64,000 nt of DNA, taken from Asaia bogorensis. GTDB taxonomy: Bacteria > Pseudomonadota > Alphaproteobacteria > Acetobacterales > Acetobacteraceae. Made by a program: the position numbers and the translations under genes. Position 1 is the first letter of the stretch; each line of letters starts with the position of its first letter. Below the pieces are notes generated by a model. The model saw only the letters and a list, made by a program, of their open reading frames with translations, was not told the origin of the DNA and searched no databases. Below, piece by piece: positions 60,045 through 64,000 of this stretch. The stretch spans positions 2,592-66,591 of the forward strand of contig CAMBMS010000014.1 of NCBI GenBank assembly GCA_945868845.1. The letters run 5' to 3'.

Positions 60045-60783
60045 CAGTGACTAGCCCAGTCAGGCTTTCAAACTGCCAGCCATAGCGCGGGTTATCCCGC
60101 AGTGGGTCGCGCTGATCGATCCAGCAGGAGGCGATGCCGGCATCATTTGCGAGGGCGTGACCGTGATAGAGGGATTGCGCTAAGTGCGGAATGTCCTTGC
60201 GCGCGATCCCGATTTTGGCGCCGCGCGCAAGAAGAAAACGGAAATCGCGCAGATCGGGCTTGTAGGAACGGTATCCTCGGCCGCATGGACGGCATCGAAG
60301 GTGGCGCCGAGGCGGCGATTGCCGCCAGCGAAGCTGGCGCGAGCCACGTTGGAAAGGATGTCTGGCCTGTGTTTTTATCCCAACGTCGCCAGGGCGGCGG
60401 CCGAATCGGGGAAGGCCGGCCAATCGGCGATGCAGGCCCCGAAGGTCGCAAGGTCCGCCGCCACTGGCGGTGTTCCATTCGCGGGTAAGTGAAGCATGCA
60501 CATGGGCGAGAATCTCTGCATAGTGCATGGTTGGGGAGGGGGCTTCCCGGGCGCTTTCGGCGCAAGCGAAACCGGCTAAAGTCTTCTCTGCCTCGATCCC
60601 AGCGTGCGCCATCGGCGGCGCTAGGGAGGCCAGCAGGCCGGTTTCCCCGTCGATCAGGGTTCCGTCACAATCGAACGATAGAAGCTTGCAGTCGGTCAGA
60701 CGCGTGCGTGTCCCCTTTCCGATTTGCCCCCAGCCAATTGTGGGATTACGCTCGCGTGGCCATAAGCTAGGCGCCACCAGCAA
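60007..60783 (-). pseudogene. HAD-superfamily hydrolase (haloacid dehalogenase type II-like) pseudogene
   Basis: The N-terminus (LLSFDCDGTLIDGETG, HAD motif I) and C-terminus (SYKPDLRDFRFLLAR...HLAQSLYHGHALAN...CWIDQRD) share one frame. The conserved middle (PVAADLATFGACIADWPAFPDSAAALATLG-TAA-KHRPDILSNVARASFAGGNRRLGATFDAVHAAEDTV) lies in another frame and carries an in-frame TAA. That makes at least two frameshifts plus one stop. Confidence 0.6.
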
Positions 60784-60788
60784 AAGAT

Positions 60789-61949
60789 ATGGAGGGTAAT
60801 GTGCACTACAAGAGGATTTCGGCCGATTGCCATTTGGATATGCCCTGGATGCCGCCGGAGCTGTTCACCTCCGAGGCGTCGCGGGAAATGAAGGACCGCA
60901 TGCCCTATGTCACCGATGGGCCTGACGGGCCGCAATGGGTGACTAAGAAGGGCGCCTATTTCGGCCTGCTGAACGGCGTAGGCCCGGGGGGCTCCAAGCT
61001 GGTGCCGGGGCAGAATCATCGCGTTGACATCATGGCGAAGACCGGCATGTTCGCCGATGGTAAGAAAGGCATCCAGCGCCCGTCCGATCCGCATCTGCGG
61101 CTGAAGGAAATGGAGCGCGATGGAGTGGATGCGGAAGTGATCTTCGGTATTCTTGGCTCCGCATCGAAGATGCAGGACAACGAAGCCGCGGACGAGATGT
61201 TTAGGATCTATAACGACTGGCTGAAGGAATTCTGCAGCCATTACCCCGACCGTCATATCGGCCTTGCCTGCATTCCCTATGGAGATGTCGACAAGGCGGC
61301 GGTGGAAATCTACCGCACCGCCAAGATGGGGCTGCGTGGCATCGAGGTATCCTGTTCCTGGGACATGGAAGCGATGTGGCATCCGTACTGGGAACCGCTG
61401 TGGAAGGCGATCAACGATGTGCAGCTGCCGCTGCATTTTCATACATTTCCGACGATCAACCCGAAGGCGCGCGAAATGGCCAAGGGGCTGACCGGACGCG
61501 CGGCGTTGTTTACGGGCGTGTCGTCGTTTCAGATGGGGCTCATCCATATCATCGCCGGAATGATGGGCGCGGGGGTGTTTGAGCGTTACCCGAACCTTCG
61601 CGTCTCCTTCGGCGAAAGCGGCATCGGATGGATTCCCTATGCGCTAGACCGGATGGATTTTGAGTTCGAGGACCGGTTCCGCGATCTGATGAAGCTGAAG
61701 CCGTCGGAATACTGGCAGCGCCAGTGCAAGGCGACATTCCAGTATGATGTGATCGGCCCGAAGCTGATCGGCACCAATAATCTGATGACAGTGGATACCT
61801 TGATGTGGGGGTCGGACTATCCGCATACCGACGGCATTTGGCCGGAATCCACCAAATATATCGATCAGCAATTCGCCGGCCTGTCCGCGGAGGACATCCA
61901 CAAGATCACCTGCGAGAACGCGGCGAAGTTCTATAATTTAACAAACTGA
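60789..61949 (+). CDS. amidohydrolase family protein (amidohydrolase_2 / ACMSD-like)
   Basis: 386 aa; ISADCHLDMPW (metal-binding HxH-type start), HFHTF, MWGSDYPHTDGIWPES. GTG 60801 behind GGAGGG is an alternative start. Confidence 0.8.
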   Translation: MEGNVHYKRISADCHLDMPWMPPELFTSEASREMKDRMPYVTDGPDGPQWVTKKGAYFGLLNGVGPGGSKLVPGQNHRVDIMAKTGMFADGKKGIQRPSDPHLRLKEMERDGVDAEVIFGILGSASKMQDNEAADEMFRIYNDWLKEFCSHYPDRHIGLACIPYGDVDKAAVEIYRTAKMGLRGIEVSCSWDMEAMWHPYWEPLWKAINDVQLPLHFHTFPTINPKAREMAKGLTGRAALFTGVSSFQMGLIHIIAGMMGAGVFERYPNLRVSFGESGIGWIPYALDRMDFEFEDRFRDLMKLKPSEYWQRQCKATFQYDVIGPKLIGTNNLMTVDTLMWGSDYPHTDGIWPESTKYIDQQFAGLSAEDIHKITCENAAKFYNLTN

Positions 61950-61960
61950 GGCAACGCAGT

Positions 61961-61986
61961 CGCCCCATCCCGGTCAGGATGGGGCG
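61961..61986 (+). terminator. possible terminator hairpin after the amidohydrolase gene
   Basis: A perfect 10-bp stem (CGCCCCATCC cggtca GGATGGGGCG) 12 nt after the stop, followed only by a weak GGCTTTGG tract. Confidence 0.4.
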
Positions 61987-62036
61987 GGCTTTGGCGGGCG
62001 GCCGTATGACAAAGGTAATCCACGCGCCACACCTAA

Positions 62037-62270
62037 AAAACCTCTCTTCCTTCTGGACATCCGGAAATCTATCGCGTCGCTGACGTTGTTGAAGCGGGAA
62101 ATATCCTGCCGCCGACGGGTGCGGCGTGGCGCTATATCAATAAGTCCCAGCTTTGGCATGCTGATAGCTCGTTCCACGTAGTGCTGAGCAATGGCCCCAT
62201 CCTGCATGGCATTGAAGTGACGACATTCGACAGCACCCGGCTGAAGCGCATCACTCACCCTGCCGCCTAG
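62037..62270 (+). pseudogene. TauD/TfdA-family dioxygenase fragment
   Basis: An open frame without a start codon reads SGHPEIYRVADVVEAGNILPPTGAAWRYINKSQLWHADSSFHVVLSNGPILHGIEV..., matching the region around the WHxDxSF iron-ligand motif. It ends after about 77 codons, so most of the enzyme is missing. Confidence 0.45.
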
Positions 62271-62371
62271 GCCGGCGGTAGCGGTGTGACCGAAGGCTTT
62301 TTTTCGTCAAGGACGGTTTAGCTTGCGCCGGCGCGCGCGGATCAGCAAGCTAGGCTTCCCTGCAACCAACT

Positions 62372-62388
62372 GAAAGGAGGTGATCCAG
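62372..62388 (+). promoter_or_regulatory. hyper-extended Shine-Dalgarno: 17-nt perfect complement of the 16S rRNA 3' tail
   Basis: GAAAGGAGGTGATCCAG is the reverse complement of CTGGATCACCTCCTTTC, the conserved 16S 3' terminus. The GGAGG core lies 7 nt before GTG 62388. Confidence 0.4.
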
Positions 62389-62474
62389 TGTCTCATTGTT
62401 TGACGTCGGCATCGGCTGCTCAAGGCATCGCTCTGACCTGGATTGTCCCCACCTGCGAACAGGTGGCGGCGTAG
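62388..62474 (+). CDS. hypothetical 28-aa peptide (GTG start)
   Basis: (M)SHCLTSASAAQGIALTWIVPTCEQVAA*. Preceded by the extended SD and followed about 40 nt later by a strong intrinsic terminator. I recognise no homology. Confidence 0.3.
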   Translation: MSHCLTSASAAQGIALTWIVPTCEQVAA

Positions 62475-62515
62475 CACGGCCTGCCTCCGGCATCGCTGCC
62501 GGCCGACAATGCGAA

Positions 62516-62546
62516 AGCCCCGGGGACATCCCCCGGGGCTTTTTTT
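62516..62546 (+). terminator. rho-independent terminator
   Basis: A perfect 10-bp stem (AGCCCCGGGG acatc CCCCGGGGCT) followed by TTTTTT. Confidence 0.8.
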
Positions 62547-62610
62547 GTCTCCGGGTGCAGGAAGGCTAAGAGATTACGTGGTCTACCTTTGCCTCTTTTT
62601 TACCCGGTAA

Positions 62611-62825
62611 TCTCTTTTGGAGCACGTGAGATTGGGGTTGACGACCCTGGAACAGCATTTATGTCAGTTTCCTACAGGTCGCGAAATCGTCGCTTACTGC
62701 CGGGGGCCCTACTGCGTGCTCACTTTCGAGGCGGAGGCATCCTTCAGCACAAGGGATTTTTGGGCTCGACGGCTCGAGGACGGATAATCGGAATGGCGCG
62801 CGGCTGTTCTTCCAGTGGAACGGGC
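62611..62825 (+). pseudogene. rhodanese-domain fragment (C-terminal part of an ArsR-rhodanese-type protein) with in-frame stop
   Basis: ...LEQHLCQFPTGREIVAYCRGPYCVLTFEAEASFSTRDFWARRLEDG-TAA-SEWRAAVLPVE matches the xxEIVAYCRGPYCVLSxEAxxxLxxxGFxxRRLEDGxPEWxAAGLPVE end of rhodanese-fused regulators. There is no N-terminal domain or start codon. Confidence 0.5.
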
Positions 62826-62931
62826 GTCGGAGCAGCATACCTTGAGCGTTACGCTCCCCACTTCCTTGGGCGCGGCTCGGGACAGCGCCTCGAATTATCT
62901 TCCGATTGCTCGCACCGCCTGATTGGGAATA

Positions 62932-63720
62932 TCAGCGCTGTGACGGGTTCAGGGATTGGCGGCGCACGGCCCGGTTGCTGGTGGCGGGGGCGGCGTCAGC
63001 GAGTATTGGTTGTGCGATCGCTTCGGTTTGTGCGCCGGCGCCGACGCGACTCAATACCTCGCGCAGCGGTTCGGCGCCTGGGTTGCGGCCGGCCATTTCT
63101 AAGATGACCTGCCGCGCCCCCATGTCGCGGCCGTAATAGGTATGGTTCCATTCGGTGCGGCTGCTCAGTATGCTGCCTTGCAGGGTGATACCGGCGAACA
63201 GCCCGCGGCCTTGGGAGAAGGCGACGATATCGGCGCCCAGATCGGCGGTGGTGGCGCCCTCAAGGCCGGCGCCGATGGTGGCGACGGTGATATTGGCGTC
63301 GCCGCCGAACTTGAACTGGCTGTCCATAATCGCGCCTAGGCCCTTATCGGTCAGGATCATCATCACGACGGCACTGTCCTGGATACCGATCTGGAAGCCG
63401 ACGCTGCCGCTGCCCATGCCGTAGAAGGCCGGGTAGGACCAGTTGCCCTGGCTGTCGCGTGCCAGTAGGGCGCAGCCACCTCCCGATCCGCCGACGATGA
63501 AGCCAGCGCGAAAGATGCGCGGGCAGACCAGCACAGCGCGGGCCTTGCGCAATAGATGTCGTTCCGGGGAATGGGCGGGGGTGCCTAGGACGATCTCCTG
63601 CACCGTCAGGGTGGCGCGATCGACCAGGGTTTGCTGGTCTGATTGTGCCTGCGCGGCGGATAAAGGCAGAAGCGACATCACGCCGGCAAGCGAGAAGAGC
63701 AAATAGCGGGCGAGGGTCAT
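62932..63720 (-). CDS. lipid-binding SYLF (Ysc84/DUF500) domain protein, secreted
   Basis: 262 aa with a signal peptide (LLFSLAGVMSLLPLSAAQA), then GFIVGGSGGGCALLARD...WSYPAFYGMGSGSVGFQIG...FGGDANITVA. Confidence 0.8.
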   Translation of the reverse strand: MTLARYLLFSLAGVMSLLPLSAAQAQSDQQTLVDRATLTVQEIVLGTPAHSPERHLLRKARAVLVCPRIFRAGFIVGGSGGGCALLARDSQGNWSYPAFYGMGSGSVGFQIGIQDSAVVMMILTDKGLGAIMDSQFKFGGDANITVATIGAGLEGATTADLGADIVAFSQGRGLFAGITLQGSILSSRTEWNHTYYGRDMGARQVILEMAGRNPGAEPLREVLSRVGAGAQTEAIAQPILADAAPATSNRAVRRQSLNPSQR

Positions 63721-63811
63721 AGCGCGGTCTCCCTTCCCCGCTCCGCGGCGCCCTCAATACGAGCGCGCCGAGTACAGGGGGTGGAAGAATCCCTTATTCG
63801 CGTCGCGTCGG

Positions 63812-64000
63812 TCAATAACTAGATAGTTCGTTCACGCAAACGACACGCCAGGCGGATCCATGGTGTTCAAGGCGGGTAAGGGAGAGATTCTGCACCGATA
63901 GATGAAGCGCACTATCCGGCAAGATGCGCAAGGCATGGGCCAGCGCGGCGCGAATCGCCCCGCCATGGCTTACCATCACTACATCCTCTCCCGTATGTTG
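63812..64000 (-). CDS. histidine phosphatase family protein (PGM/CobC-like), C-terminal part only; 5' end outside the window
   Basis: My own translation gives QHTGEDVVMVSHGGAIRAALAHALRILPDSALHLSVQNLSLTRLEHHGSAWRVVCVNELSSY*. VSHGGxIRA is the family's C-terminal catalytic His motif. Confidence 0.7.
   Translation of the reverse strand, partial: QHTGEDVVMVSHGGAIRAALAHALRILPDSALHLSVQNLSLTRLEHHGSAWRVVCVNELSSY

Noticed and set aside
61974-62258. 94-aa minus-strand ORF after the amidohydrolase gene.
   Set aside because: The opposite strand carries a recognisable TauD-type fragment (WHADSSF), and the minus ORF shows no motifs, so it is probably a shadow frame.
62372-62388. Possible 16S rRNA gene end on the minus strand (17-nt identity with CTGGATCACCTCCTTTC).
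   Set aside because: The sequence upstream on the minus strand bears no resemblance to the 16S 3' domain: there is no GTCGTAACAAGGTA, and no ITS or tRNA follows. It is therefore not an rRNA gene. It is kept as a finding, either as a hyper-SD or as a captured fragment.
62589-63107. 172-aa plus-strand ORF.
   Set aside because: It overlaps the 3' part of the well-supported SYLF gene on the other strand. Upstream it is out of frame with the recognisable rhodanese fragment, and it shows no family motifs.

Overview
High-GC (roughly 63-65% by eye) chromosomal segment whose gene content and order look alphaproteobacterial, possibly Acetobacteraceae or Rhodospirillales; the taxon is inference only. 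Housekeeping genes: polA, the tight xseB-ispA-dxs-tlyA operon, the F1 ATP synthase operon atpHAGDC, msrA, etfBA-hbd, manC, rpsU, def and a COQ9-family gene. Accessory content: (i) a compact sulfur module fccA-fccB-soxY-soxZ plus a YeeE/YedE transporter, next to nested IS relics; (ii) a roughly 10-kb co-directional minus-strand array joining paaG-paaI-paaK, a GmhB-like phosphatase, a thioesterase, an SDR, the sarcosine-oxidase-type operon soxBDAG and another SDR, divergent from a fused indolepyruvate:ferredoxin oxidoreductase; (iii) many acyl-CoA enzymes (ACADs, enoyl-CoA hydratases, CaiB-type CoA-transferases, ADHs, a GMC oxidoreductase). The window holds many gene relics: two IS6 and one IS3 relic, plus Phd-like, SDR, IclR-like, DUF1194, HAD, TauD-like and rhodanese fragments. 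Most notable finds, all absent from the ORF track: a 72-codon SelW/Rdx-like gene with an in-frame TGA at the CxxU redox position followed by a SECIS-like hairpin (56495-56713); a 125-bp perfect-armed palindrome just upstream of it; an approximately 82-bp dispersed intergenic repeat in two copies; and a 28-codon ORF preceded by a 17-nt perfect complement of the 16S rRNA 3' tail and followed by a strong intrinsic terminator. I saw no rRNA, tRNA or CRISPR array by eye. All homology statements come from motif and sequence recognition, not database searches.
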